From an uncultured Planctomycetaceae bacterium (GTDB lineage: Bacteria > Planctomycetota > Planctomycetia > Planctomycetales > Planctomycetaceae): 64,000 nucleotides of DNA. The notes beneath the pieces are model-generated. The model did no database searches and was not told the DNA's origin. It saw only the letters and a list, made by a program, of their open reading frames with translations. Each line of letters starts with the position of its first letter. Position 1 is the first letter of the stretch. Shown piece by piece: positions 23,209-34,578 of this stretch. The position numbers and the translations under genes are program-made. The stretch is from the NCBI GenBank assembly GCA_963813715.1, contig CAWFAK010000008.1, forward strand, positions 224,001 to 288,000, written 5' to 3'.

Positions 23209-23225
23209 GGCAGGTGGTGCCTGCC
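23209..23225 (+). repeat. Second REP-like palindrome GGCAGGTGGTGCCTGCC
   Basis: One mismatch to the reverse complement of 22733-22749. Confidence 0.5.
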
Positions 23226-23236
23226 GATCGGTCCGG

Positions 23237-24497
23237 TCACTTGGACGGATCGATCACGCGCCCGAGGAACAGGATCGCGCCACTATGGTTGTCGCGAATC
23301 ATGAAGACAAACGGATGGTTGGCGCGGAAGATCACCGGCGGGTCAGGCCTGCGCATGGCCATCGGCCGGACGACCACGCCGGTGGCGGCGGCGGCCTCGG
23401 TCCCTTCTTCGTTGACGTCGACAAACGCTTTGTGGAGCACGGCCGAGATCAATAAGTCCTTTTTTCCGTCGATGCCCGAGAAATCGGCGCTCGAGGCATC
23501 GAACGCGGAGGGCATGCCCATGGCCTTGAGCTCGCCGGCCAGCTGAAATTCCGCCGTCGTGCGAAACTTGGGGAAAAAGATAGTCACGTCCCGCGTGCGC
23601 GCCTCTGCCCAGCCATTTGTCGAGACTGGCCGTGCTCAGCTTTTCTTCGAGCTTGCCGAGTCCGTCTGTTTTCTTGGGCAGGAGCACGACCATCGAGAGG
23701 CTGCCGTCGCCATAGGGCATGTCGAGCAGCTGCACGTCATCGACGGCCGCGTAGCGAAACTTGTGCTTCTGGTGCATCAGCGGCGCCTTGATCTGCTGGC
23801 TGGCCGTGACGTGGAAGGGCTGGTCCTTCGTGAGGCTTTTATTGAACTGGTCTTTCCAGTCGCCCTTGAAGTAGACGGCGTTGGTCAGGACGAGCCGCGC
23901 TCCCTTGATGCTGCTGGGACTGGGAATCAGATTCTTGATCTTGTCCTGGGTCTTGTCTTCGACCCATTTGTTGATCGTTTCGCGGGCCGCCTCGGGCTGA
24001 TTGAAGTCGACCTGGGCCAGCTCGGCGCCGTAATCGTCGCGGGTCACGCGGAGAAAATCGTCGAGGAACTTGGCCCCTTGCTCTCCCCACAAGCGATTGG
24101 CCACGTCGAGCCGATATCCCTGTTTCGGCTCCTTCGCGTTCCACGAGGCGAGCAATGCCCGCATTTGCTCGTTGAGCTGCGCTTTAGGCATCTCTAAATG
24201 GAGCGTTTTGGCCATCTCGGCCTCGGTATTGCCCGCGGCCCCGGCGTAGGTCATCGCCAGGGCGACTGAAATGCTGGCCGGCGAAAAGAAGAGATTGCCG
24301 TCCTTGCCGCGCAGCCGCTCGTACAGATCAAACGCGAAACGATTTCCGGCTTCAACGAGGGGCGACATGGTCGGAGTCCGAGCAGGTCGATCTCTTCGGA
24401 CCAGGCGAGCCGGCGGCGCCGACGAGGCCGGATCGACCAGAACGAGGCTCGCCAGGGCGACAGCGGCGGCAACAGAGATCGCAAATCTGTGTGACAT
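23237..24497 (-). CDS. Serpin (serine protease inhibitor) with signal peptide, frameshift near 23600
   Basis: NLFFSPASIS.ALAMTYAGA.G, NAVYFKGDW, hinge VNEEGTEAAAATG, FRANHPFVFMIRD...ILFLGRV. Confidence 0.93.
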
Positions 24498-24551
24498 GAG
24501 TATCTCCCGACGCTCCCTCTTGAGGCAAGCGGACCGCAGTCCGTCTGCCAG

Positions 24552-25013
24552 TTAAACCAATTGCTTCTCCATGTAGACGCAGAGCGGATCTTCGTGAAAG
24601 TCGCCGAAGGGGGCAATTCGGCGATAGCCGGCATTCTCGTAAAGGGCCAGCGCGTTGTGTTGGGCGACGCCCGTTTCCAGGCGAATCAGTCGCAGGTCCG
24701 CCGCCCGCGCCCGCGATTCCAGCTCCGCCAGGATTCGCCGCCCGACTTGCAGCCCGCGAAACTCGGGCAGCACGAACATCCGCTTGAGCTCGCCATATTC
24801 GCCGTCGTGATTGACCAGCGCGCCACAGCCGATCACGCGCTCCCGCAACCGCGCGCTCAGAAAGGTAACGTTCGGCTGTCGCAACGCGTCGATGGGCAAC
24901 AAGTGATTGCTTTCCGGCGGATAGAGAGAAGTCAGAAACTCGTCGAGCGCTTCGATGAGCTGACGGACGTGCGGCTGAGCCGGGTCGTCGGCGACAATGG
25001 TGACCTGTGACAT
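24552..25013 (-). CDS. GNAT family N-acetyltransferase
   Basis: YPPESNH, GELKRMFV.P..RG..VG, LETG..Q..AL.LY...GY, PFGD...DP. Confidence 0.9.
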   Translation of the reverse strand: MSQVTIVADDPAQPHVRQLIEALDEFLTSLYPPESNHLLPIDALRQPNVTFLSARLRERVIGCGALVNHDGEYGELKRMFVLPEFRGLQVGRRILAELESRARAADLRLIRLETGVAQHNALALYENAGYRRIAPFGDFHEDPLCVYMEKQLV

Positions 25014-25181
25014 AACCGGCTCAAAGTGCGGGAGGATTCGCAGCGGGAAACTGCGCGACAGACGATCCATGAGCCGGCGCAGGATGATTTTACTCTGCGG
25101 AGCGGCTCGGCAAAACGATGGCCGTTCGGACGAGCGGCCCGATGACACGTCCAAGGCTGGAAATGCGTCGCGGCGTCGGGC

Positions 25182-26632
25182 CTAGGCTGCCGCACGCCGG
25201 TCGGAGGCGGTCTCTCGGCCGATTTCGCCCGCGGGCTCGGCAATCGCCGGCGCACGGAACGGAATCGTCGCGGGCGTCGGAGCGACCATGGCGACAATTT
25301 CGTCCAGCAGGCGCTGGGCCAACACGTCGCGATCAAAGTGGCGGGCGACGTAATCGCGGCCGCGGCAATAGGCCGACCGATTGCCGGCGATCGTTTCGAT
25401 CCCGGCCAACAGCGAGTCTTCGTCTTCGGGCGTCATCGCCAGGCCGGCTTGCGCGGCAAGCACGATCCGCTGGGCCTGCCCGCGAACGCCCATGACGATC
25501 GGCACGTTCATCGCCATGATCTCGAAGATCTTGGACGGGATCACCGTCTCGAAGAGCTCGGTCTTACGCAGGTGCACGAGGCACGCGTCGCAGCTGGCGA
25601 TCACCTCGGCGATCTTCGCCTTGGGTACCAGGCCCGTAAAGATGACCCGATCGAGACCTTCTGCGCGGCACTCGGCTTCCAAGCGGCTGCGCTCGGCCCC
25701 GTCGCCGACGATCCAGAAGACGACGTCATCGCGTCCGGCCGCTTTGAGCCGGCGGGCCGCACGCACGACGACATCGAGCCCGTGGGCCATCCCCACCGTG
25801 CCGACATAGGCGCAGACAAACCGTCCCGCGCCGCCCCACTGAGCACGCAGCTCGCGCGATGCCGGCTGCGGCACGAACTGACTGGCGTCGACGCCATTGG
25901 GGACGACGGCGATTTTTTCCTCCGAGACGCCGCGGCGCATCAACTGGTCCCGATATCCGTCGCCGACGGTGACGATCTGTTTGGCCGTTTTGTACATCCG
26001 CTGTTCGAGGACTTCGAGCATACGCATCATGGGCGATCGCCGCATGGCGCCGACGGTCACGATCGACTCGGGCCAGATATCGCGAATTTCCAACAGCAGC
26101 GGACGACGCAAGAACCAACGACAGAGCACGCCGGCCCAGCCGCAAAAGAACTGAGGCGACGTCGCCACGATCGCATCGACTTTGCGGACGCCCAGGCGCA
26201 GAGCGTCGCACAGACCATGTAGCTCAGGTAATTGGCGATCCGTCCCAAAAATCCTTTGTTGGGGGCCAGCCACGTCCAGACGCGCAGCACGCGAATGCCG
26301 TCCACCCATTCGCGACTCAGCCAGGCGTTCTTGTAACCCGCCGCGACGACTCCCGTCGGGCAGTTCGGCGCGCAGGTGATGACGGTGACGCGATGTCCGG
26401 CCGCGACCCAGCGACGACAGTGCTCGTACGTCCGCGTGGCCGGGGCGTTGACTTCGGGCGGAAAGTAGTGCGACAGAAACAACACGTGCAGCGGCCGTCC
26501 GACGGAGGCGATCGTCGGCACGTCGGTCTGCGTACCCGAATCGATTTCCGGCGTCGCGATGCGGAGCATCTTTCCCGAAACGGGCGCGACCCTCGGCGCG
26601 GGGGTGGCAACATCTTGATCGACTGACGGCAT
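25182..26632 (-). CDS. Glycosyltransferase family 4 (WbuB-like), frameshift near 26180
   Basis: FLSHYFPPEVNAPA.R, TCAPNCP.G, ATSPQFF, EIRDIWPES, YVGTVGMAHGL, PSKIFE.MA. Confidence 0.9.
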
Positions 26633-26646
26633 GCCAAACTTCCTTG

Positions 26647-28655
26647 TCAGGCGGCCGGGACGAGTTGTGGGACTTCCGTGGGCCGCCTGCGCGTTCGCGG
26701 GGCGACGGTCGCTGGATTCTGATCGAGAAATTGCCGGGCCCAAAGTTCGAGTGTGAGCAGGCCCCACTGCAGCATGTAGTAGTCGGCCCGCCGCGATTGA
26801 CTGAGATTCCGCAGACGAGCGACGGCGTCGGGTCGGAACCAGCCACGGTCGGCGATCGCTCGCGGCCCCATCAAGTCGTTCCACATCGTGCCCAAGTCGT
26901 GCCGCAGCCAGGAGCGGTACGGAGCGCCGAAGCCGGCCTTCGGGCGGTCGATGATCTCGTTGGGCACGATGCCGCGCGCCGCTTGTCGCAGGATCGCCTT
27001 GGGGACGGGATCGAGTTTCTGCGCAGCCGTAAACGTAGTGCCGAGGTCGACCAATTCCTGGTCGAGCAGCGGCACGCGGGCCTCGATCCCGACGGCCATT
27101 CCCATCTTGTCGGTGTAGAGCAGGTTGTGATTGGGCAGGTAGACGCAGAGGTCCCGCTCGAGGAACCGGTCGACCTCGCCCAACCCGCCGGTTCGCATAC
27201 GCTCGAGGCAATCCGCGTCGGCCCGGAATCGAACCGAGCGTCGCGGAGAGCGCCGGTGAGAGAATGCCCCGGGCCGACGAATCGGCCGTGGACATGCAAT
27301 AGGCCAGAAATCTTTCGTCCGGCGAGCGATGAATGTCGTGCAGCACTCGCCGTCCCCGTCGGAGTGTCGCGCCGAGTGGCCCGCCGAGCGCTCCCGGCAA
27401 CAGGTTACCGCAGGCCGCCAGTCCGGCGCGAGCCGTTTGGGGAATGCGATCGAGCCAGCGGAGAGCTCGCAGGACGGCGTACCGCGGATAACCGCCGAAC
27501 AGCTCGTCGGCCCCCTGCCCCGACAGCAGCACCTTGGTGCCGTGTTCGCGGGCGAGGCGACAGATGAGATAACACGTGATCGCGGCCGGATCGGCGATCG
27601 GTTCATCGAGGTGATAGACAATCTGCGGCAAGAGCGTCGTGATCTGTGGACCGATTTCGACCTCATGAAAGTCGAGCCCATGCGACGAGGCAAATCGCCG
27701 AGCGTAAGGCGCGTCATCGTGGGCCCGATCGAGCCGATTCGACTCTGCCGGATAGGTGATGGTGTAGCTGCGAAAGCGCTGCTCGCGCTGGAGCCATCGC
27801 CCGGCCCGGTCGCGGCGATCGCCGTGATCAGACTGCTGTCGAGGCCGCCGCTCAGAAACGAACCCACGGGAACATCGGAGACCAACTGTCGCCGTGTCGC
27901 GTCGGCAACGGCCACGCGCAGCCGGTCGACATCAACTGTCGGGTCGGCAGGCGAACCGTCGCGAAGTGCCGTCGTGCTGAAGCGGGGCCGCCAGTAGGGG
28001 CGGATCTCGGCCTTCGCCTGGCTCGCCCGCCAGCGAAGCAAACAGCCGGGAGGCAGCCGGCGAATGCCAGCCAGGGCCGTCCGTTCGGAACATGAATGGC
28101 AAAACGTCAGGTGCTGCAGGATGGTCGGAAAATCGGGTTCGCGACGGACATCCGGGTGCGCGCAGAGCGCCTTGATCTCGCTGGCAAACAGCAACGATCC
28201 CGGCTGCGGCTCGGCGTAATAGAGCGGCTTGATCCCCAGCGGGTCCCGCGCCAGGAGCAGCTCGCGTTCGCGATCGTCCCAGAAGGCGAAGGTGAACATC
28301 CCGTTGAGCCGCTCGACGAAGGCCGGGCCCCAGCGCATCAGCCCGTGGAGCAGCACCTGCGTGTCGCCCGTGGAGGTCAGCGCGGGCCGCTGCCTGCCAG
28401 CGAAGACCGCAGCTCGCGGTAGTTGTAGATCTCGCCATTAAAGATGAGCGTGAAGCGGCCGTCGGCCGACGTCATCGGTTGGGCGGCCAGCTCGGAGAGA
28501 TCCAGCACGGCCAAGCGCACGTGCCCGAGCGCCACTTGCGAGCCGGGCGACTCAAAGACGCCGCAGCCGTCGGGGCCCCGATGTGCCTGGGCGGCGTTCA
28601 TCCGGTCGATCAAGCCGGGGACAAAATCACCGACCAGGCCTGCAATTCCACACAT
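26647..28655 (-). CDS. asnB: Second asparagine synthase-type amidotransferase, multiply frameshifted
   Basis: MCGIAG, HRGPDG, FNGEIYNY, ARDPLGIKPLYY, FLSGGLDSS, SGQGADELFGGY, YTDKMGMA.GIEARVPLLD. Confidence 0.9.
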
Positions 28656-28868
28656 CGCCCCCAGTCCTTTGGTCGCGCCAATCCCTCTGGTAATGCTCAG
28701 CGGCCCGCCAATCGTCCGGTCCCGCTAAGCGGCCGATTTGGTATCAGATCGCATCAATCCACACAAGATGGGATGGCGGCGTTGTCTCGGGTGAGTGGTG
28801 TTGTCTCGAGTCCGTCGTTGTGCTAACAAGCGCCGCTCGCGGGCCGCGTCATTGGTGGGAGTCTGCGC

Positions 28869-30086
28869 TTGAGAATCGGAATTGATGCATCGAATTTGCG
28901 GGGCGGCGGTGGGATCACGCACTTGGTCGCCCTGTTGTCGCACGTTGACGTGGCTGACGCAGCCTTCGAGCGCGTAGTGGTGTGGGGAGCGCGCGACGTC
29001 CTGCGACGACTCCCCGAGCGATGTTGGCTGGTGAAGGCGAATCCGGCTGAACTCGAGCGAGGCACAGCCGCTCGGACCGCGTGGCGTTACCGTTCGCTGC
29101 CGCAACTCGCCCGAGTTGAATGTGACATCCTCTTCGCCCCCGGCGGCTTGTGCACCGACCGGTTTCATCCCGTCGTCACTATGTCGCGCAATATGCTCCC
29201 GTTTCAGTCGCGGGAAATGTCGCGCTACGGCCTTTCCCGGATGCTACTACGATTGGGAATGCTGCGGAGCGCCCAGCGCCGGTCATTTCGGACAGCTGAC
29301 GGCGTGATCTTTCTCTCGCAATTTGCCCGCGACACGGTCCTAAGTGCCACGGGATCGCTGGCCGGCCAATCGACGGTGATTCCCCACGGCGTCGAATCGC
29401 GGTTCTTTCGTGAGCCGCGGTACCAACGCGCGACGACCGAGTTTTCACTCAGCGATCCGATGCGGCTTCTGTACGTGTCGATCGTCGATGTCTACAAGCA
29501 CCAATGGCACGTCGCGGAGGCGGTCGCCCGGTTGCGTCGCGCGGGGCTGCCGATCGCGATGCAATTCATCGGCGATGCATACCCGTCCGCGGGCAAACGC
29601 CTGTTGAACACGATCCGCGCCCGCGATCCGCAGGGACTCTTCCTCCACTACAACGGTTCGGCCGATCACGGCGACTTGCCGGCCTGCTATCAATCGGCGG
29701 ACGCATTTGTGTTCGCCTCCAGTTGCGAGAACCTGCCCAACATCCTGCTGGAAGCCATGGCCTCCGGCTTGCCGATCGCCTGTTCGAACCGCCTGCCTAT
29801 GCCTGAAGTGTTGGGACAGGCGGGCGTTTATTTCGACCCGGTCCGGCCGCAGCAAATCGAGGAAGCCCTCCTGCGGCTGTTTCACGACGCCGAATTGCGA
29901 CGGCACCTGGCCGCCGCAGCCTACGAACGCGCCCAGCAGTTCTCTTGGAGCGCCTGCGCTCGCGACACGTTCCGCTTTCTGGCGGACGTCTGCGAGCTCC
30001 ATTCCGGCGAGTCACAATTCACCGAGCCCGGAGTGCCGCTGGAGACCGGAAGCAATCGGTCCGAATACACGGCGATCTCCGCCTAA
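28869..30086 (+). CDS. Glycosyltransferase family 4
   Basis: MRIGIDA, IPHGV, YK.Q, FVFASSCENLPNILLEAMASGLP, FSW...A. Confidence 0.92.
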   Translation: MRIGIDASNLRGGGGITHLVALLSHVDVADAAFERVVVWGARDVLRRLPERCWLVKANPAELERGTAARTAWRYRSLPQLARVECDILFAPGGLCTDRFHPVVTMSRNMLPFQSREMSRYGLSRMLLRLGMLRSAQRRSFRTADGVIFLSQFARDTVLSATGSLAGQSTVIPHGVESRFFREPRYQRATTEFSLSDPMRLLYVSIVDVYKHQWHVAEAVARLRRAGLPIAMQFIGDAYPSAGKRLLNTIRARDPQGLFLHYNGSADHGDLPACYQSADAFVFASSCENLPNILLEAMASGLPIACSNRLPMPEVLGQAGVYFDPVRPQQIEEALLRLFHDAELRRHLAAAAYERAQQFSWSACARDTFRFLADVCELHSGESQFTEPGVPLETGSNRSEYTAISA

Positions 30087-30255
30087 AGCCGATGTGCGTT
30101 GCGTAGCTCGCGGTTCGCATCGGCTCGTGAACAGGTGGCCAAGTCGCGTGACCCGCCAACCGGTTCAATTCGCCTCCGACAGGCGCCGGTGCTGGTCTCG
30201 CACGTCGGTCCGAAGATAAAATAGGAGGCGGGCAGTTCCCTCTCGACTGCCGCCA

Positions 30256-31887
30256 ATGGGCCCCATGCCGCTGAAAGTCTCGAACATCCGCCTGCCCGTC
30301 GAAGAGCCAGAAACGGCCCTGGCGGACGCTATTGCGCGCCGGGTGGGGCTCAAGTCGGACGAACTGACGCGTTGGCGCATTCTCCGCAAAAGCCTCGACG
30401 CCCGTTCGCCGCGCGATTTGCAATTCGTTTATTCGGCGGTCGTCGATTTGCCGGACGAGCCCGCGCGATTTGGCCAATTGCCAACCTCTCCCGCAAGCGA
30501 CGATGTGCAATTCTTCTCGCCGCGGCGTTTCGACGAGCCGGCACCGGGAGGCGAGCCGTTGCCTGAACGGCCGGTCATCGTCGGTTCGGGGCCGGCCGGA
30601 ATGCTCGCCGGTTATTACCTCGCTCTCCGCGGCTACGCGCCGTTGATTCTCGAGCGCGGGCGGGCGGTGAAGGAGCGCGTCCCCGCAGTCCGCGATTTCG
30701 ACCGGGGCGGGGCGCTCGATTGCGAAAACAACTATCTCTTTGGCGAAGGCGGAGCCGGTTGCTTCAGCGACGGCAAGCTGACATGCCGCATGGGCGGCCC
30801 CGACGTCGACTGGGTGCTGGAGCGGATGATCGAATGCGGCGGGCGACCGTCGATCGTTTACGATTATCGGCCCCACCTGGGAAGCAATCGACTGCCGATG
30901 ATCTGCCGCAACTTCCGTCGCAAGATTGAGGAGTTGGGCGGCGAATATCGGTTTAACTGCCGGGTTGAGCGGCTGGATATTTCCGACGGACGAGTCCGGG
31001 GACTGGCGACGTCGAGCGGTTACATCCCGACGTCGGCCGTGATGCTGGCGATCGGCCACAGTGCCCGCGACACGTACGAAATGCTCTTCGACGTCGGCGT
31101 GCCGATCTCGCCCAAAGCCTTTCAGCTCGGTCTGCGAATCGAGCACTCGCAGGCCCAGATCAATCACCACAAATATGGCCGCCGCGAGTATCTCGAAATG
31201 CTCGGCGCGGCCGATTATTCGTTGAACGCTCGCGGGCGGCGCGACGTATTTACGTTTTGTATGTGTGCCGGCGGTTATGTCATTCCCAGCGTGTCGGAAC
31301 CCCAGATGTTCTGTACAAACGGAATGAGCAATTCGCGACACGACACGCCGTTCGCCAACAGCGGGTTGGTCGTGACCCTTTCGCCCGACGAATTCGGCAG
31401 CCCGCATCCGCTCGCGGGGATGGAATTACAACGGCGGTTTGAATCGGAGGCATTTCGTCTGGCGGGGGGCGATTACCACTGTCCGATCGAGCGCGTCGAA
31501 GATTTTTTGGCGGGACGCAGCCCGGATCCGCAGTCGCGTTTAAGTTCATCCTTTCAACGCGGCGTGCGGCCCGTCAATATGGAGCAGATTGTCCCGCGGC
31601 CGGTGGTCGATACGCTCCGCTGGGGACTGCCGGTCATGGATCGAAAATGGAAGGGGAACTTCCTCCGCGACGCCGTCCTGGTGGGACCGGAGATGAGGGG
31701 AAGTTCGCCGGTCCGCTTGGAACGCAATTCGCAAACCAGGCAGAGCCCGGGGGTGACCGGGCTTTATCCCGTGGGCGAGGGGGCCGGCTTTGCAGGAGGA
31801 ATCGTGTCAGCGGCCGTCGACGGCCTGCTGAGCGCGAAGGCGCTGACGGGACAGTTTGCGCCGCTTATCTGCAGGACGCACGCCTGA
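30256..31887 (+). CDS. Uncharacterised FAD-dependent oxidoreductase (COG2509-like)
   Basis: VIVGSGPAG, FGEGGAG.FSDGKL, AIGHSARD, FCMCAGG, GEGAGFAGGIVSAAVDG. Confidence 0.9.
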   Translation: MGPMPLKVSNIRLPVEEPETALADAIARRVGLKSDELTRWRILRKSLDARSPRDLQFVYSAVVDLPDEPARFGQLPTSPASDDVQFFSPRRFDEPAPGGEPLPERPVIVGSGPAGMLAGYYLALRGYAPLILERGRAVKERVPAVRDFDRGGALDCENNYLFGEGGAGCFSDGKLTCRMGGPDVDWVLERMIECGGRPSIVYDYRPHLGSNRLPMICRNFRRKIEELGGEYRFNCRVERLDISDGRVRGLATSSGYIPTSAVMLAIGHSARDTYEMLFDVGVPISPKAFQLGLRIEHSQAQINHHKYGRREYLEMLGAADYSLNARGRRDVFTFCMCAGGYVIPSVSEPQMFCTNGMSNSRHDTPFANSGLVVTLSPDEFGSPHPLAGMELQRRFESEAFRLAGGDYHCPIERVEDFLAGRSPDPQSRLSSSFQRGVRPVNMEQIVPRPVVDTLRWGLPVMDRKWKGNFLRDAVLVGPEMRGSSPVRLERNSQTRQSPGVTGLYPVGEGAGFAGGIVSAAVDGLLSAKALTGQFAPLICRTHA

Positions 31888-32067
31888 CGAGAATGCCTCG
31901 ATCAGACGGTTAGTACGTCACGGAGACTGGGTGCCACGGAACTACGGCCGCCGAGCGGCTGTGTGGGCCGGGCGCGGGTCCGTTGCGCACGGAGGATCGG
32001 CCGCAACGGTGCCCGGGTGTTCACGCGCCGGTTGGCACCGTTCACTTTTCCATAGGGAAATCGGGTC

Positions 32068-33522
32068 GTGGAGAAGCGTTGGATCTGGCCGTTCGAGCTG
32101 CTCGACAAGCTCGGCGAGGGCGGAATGGGCGTGGTGTACCGCGCGCGTTACGTCGTCGACAACCGCCACGTCGCCGTCAAGCTGCTCCCTCCGGACGTCG
32201 CCAACTCCACCATCCTCTCGCGTTTCGAGCGCGAGCTGGAAATCCTGAAGACGCTGCGGCACCCGAATATCGTCCGCTCGTTCGGCGGCGTGTGCGAGGG
32301 GAACCAGCACTTTTACGCGATGGAGCTGGTCGAAGGGGGAACGCTCGACAGGCTGCTCGAAGAGCGGGGCAAGTTTTCAGCCGACGTGGCAATTCAATTG
32401 GCACTGCAGATGGCCTCGGGCCTGGCCTATGCACACGAACGGGGCGTGGTCCACCGCGACGTCAAGCCGGGGAACTTTCTGCTGACGACGGCCGGCAAGC
32501 TCAAGCTGAGCGACTTCGGCCTGGCCACTGTCGAAGCCGCGACCAAAATCACGGCCGCCGGCAAAACGATGGGCACGTTCCCTTACATGGCGCCGGAACA
32601 AATCCGCGGCCGCCCTCCCGTCTCGCCGCAGACCGATTTATACGCGTTGGGATGCGTGATCTTCGAGATGCTCACCGGCCGCACGCCGTTCATCGGCGAG
32701 ACTCCGGCCGAGGTGATGCACAAACATCTCGATGCCAAGCCACCCCGCGTTTCCGAGTTTACTCCGGATTGCCCGATGGGACTGGAGTCGTTGGTCCGCG
32801 ACCTCCTGCAGAAGGAGCCCACCGACCGGCCGGAGAGCGCTTACGTCGTCGCCAAGCGGCTGACCGATCTGGACGGTTCGGCCACCCGCACTCCGTCGCC
32901 GAGACAACGCGGCGTCGACACGCCGCCGTCGCACGCGACGCTCACTCCTCCTAAGGGGATCGTAGTTCCGCCGCGCGCGGCGGAGATGCTGGAGCGTTCG
33001 ACCCGCAATAAGTGGCTGATGCCTCTGCTCTGCATCTCGCTTGCGCTGTCGGTGGCGTTGAACTTCCATACGGTGGAGACGTCGAGCCAAAAGAGGCGGG
33101 CTGAAGAGCTGTGGTTCGAGGCGTTCAAGAGCGACAATGTCGAGCTACGAAACCACGCGGCTCGGGCGCTCGGCGAGATGGCTCGCACGTCGCCCGACGC
33201 CGCCGATACGCTGGTGGCCGGGCTATCCGATTCACGCCCGGGAGTCCGTTTGAGCGCGCTCGAAGGTCTCGAGCAGGCGGGACCGGCCGCCCACGCGGCG
33301 CTGACCCCACTGATGCGGATCAAGAACACCGACGACAACGATATGGTCCGCCGCCGGGCGATCGATCTGCTGGCCACGGTTCAGGCGACGCCGGAAGGAA
33401 TGTCCGCCAAGTTCGGGCGATTTTTCTACTGGGTGCTGGGCATCCTGGTGACCGCGGGGGCTCTGTATTTTGCCTTCACCGCGCTCCGCAAGCAGATCCG
33501 CGTCGTCCGAAGCAGTCGTTGA
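32068..33522 (+). CDS. Hanks-type Ser/Thr protein kinase with TM, HEAT-like repeats and a second TM
   Basis: LGEGGMG.VY, VAVK, HRDVKPGN, DFGL, GT.PYMAPE; LRNHAARALG and VRLSALEGL repeats. Confidence 0.92.
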   Translation: MEKRWIWPFELLDKLGEGGMGVVYRARYVVDNRHVAVKLLPPDVANSTILSRFERELEILKTLRHPNIVRSFGGVCEGNQHFYAMELVEGGTLDRLLEERGKFSADVAIQLALQMASGLAYAHERGVVHRDVKPGNFLLTTAGKLKLSDFGLATVEAATKITAAGKTMGTFPYMAPEQIRGRPPVSPQTDLYALGCVIFEMLTGRTPFIGETPAEVMHKHLDAKPPRVSEFTPDCPMGLESLVRDLLQKEPTDRPESAYVVAKRLTDLDGSATRTPSPRQRGVDTPPSHATLTPPKGIVVPPRAAEMLERSTRNKWLMPLLCISLALSVALNFHTVETSSQKRRAEELWFEAFKSDNVELRNHAARALGEMARTSPDAADTLVAGLSDSRPGVRLSALEGLEQAGPAAHAALTPLMRIKNTDDNDMVRRRAIDLLATVQATPEGMSAKFGRFFYWVLGILVTAGALYFAFTALRKQIRVVRSSR

Positions 33523-33700
33523 CGGCCACGTGCGCCCCGAGATACATTGAAATCTGGGGCTCCCGGGAAATTTAAGGGCTCCCGGCAGTTCTGCCCGGGT
33601 GCGCTGCGCAAACAGTCGGAACCCGGGTCCATAGCCGCAAGCGGCTCCCCTCGACGGCCCCTGTGACTCATGTTCTTGACCCAGAGATAACGACCGGGCC

Positions 33701-34477
<777 letters not shown>

Positions 34478-34578
34478 GGACAACGGTCGAGGCGGCCGCC
34501 GCGGACGAACTGGTTCGCCCTCTGTGGCGGACGGCTCGTCTCGGCAGCCTCCGAACATTCCACCACCAGCGAGAACTT

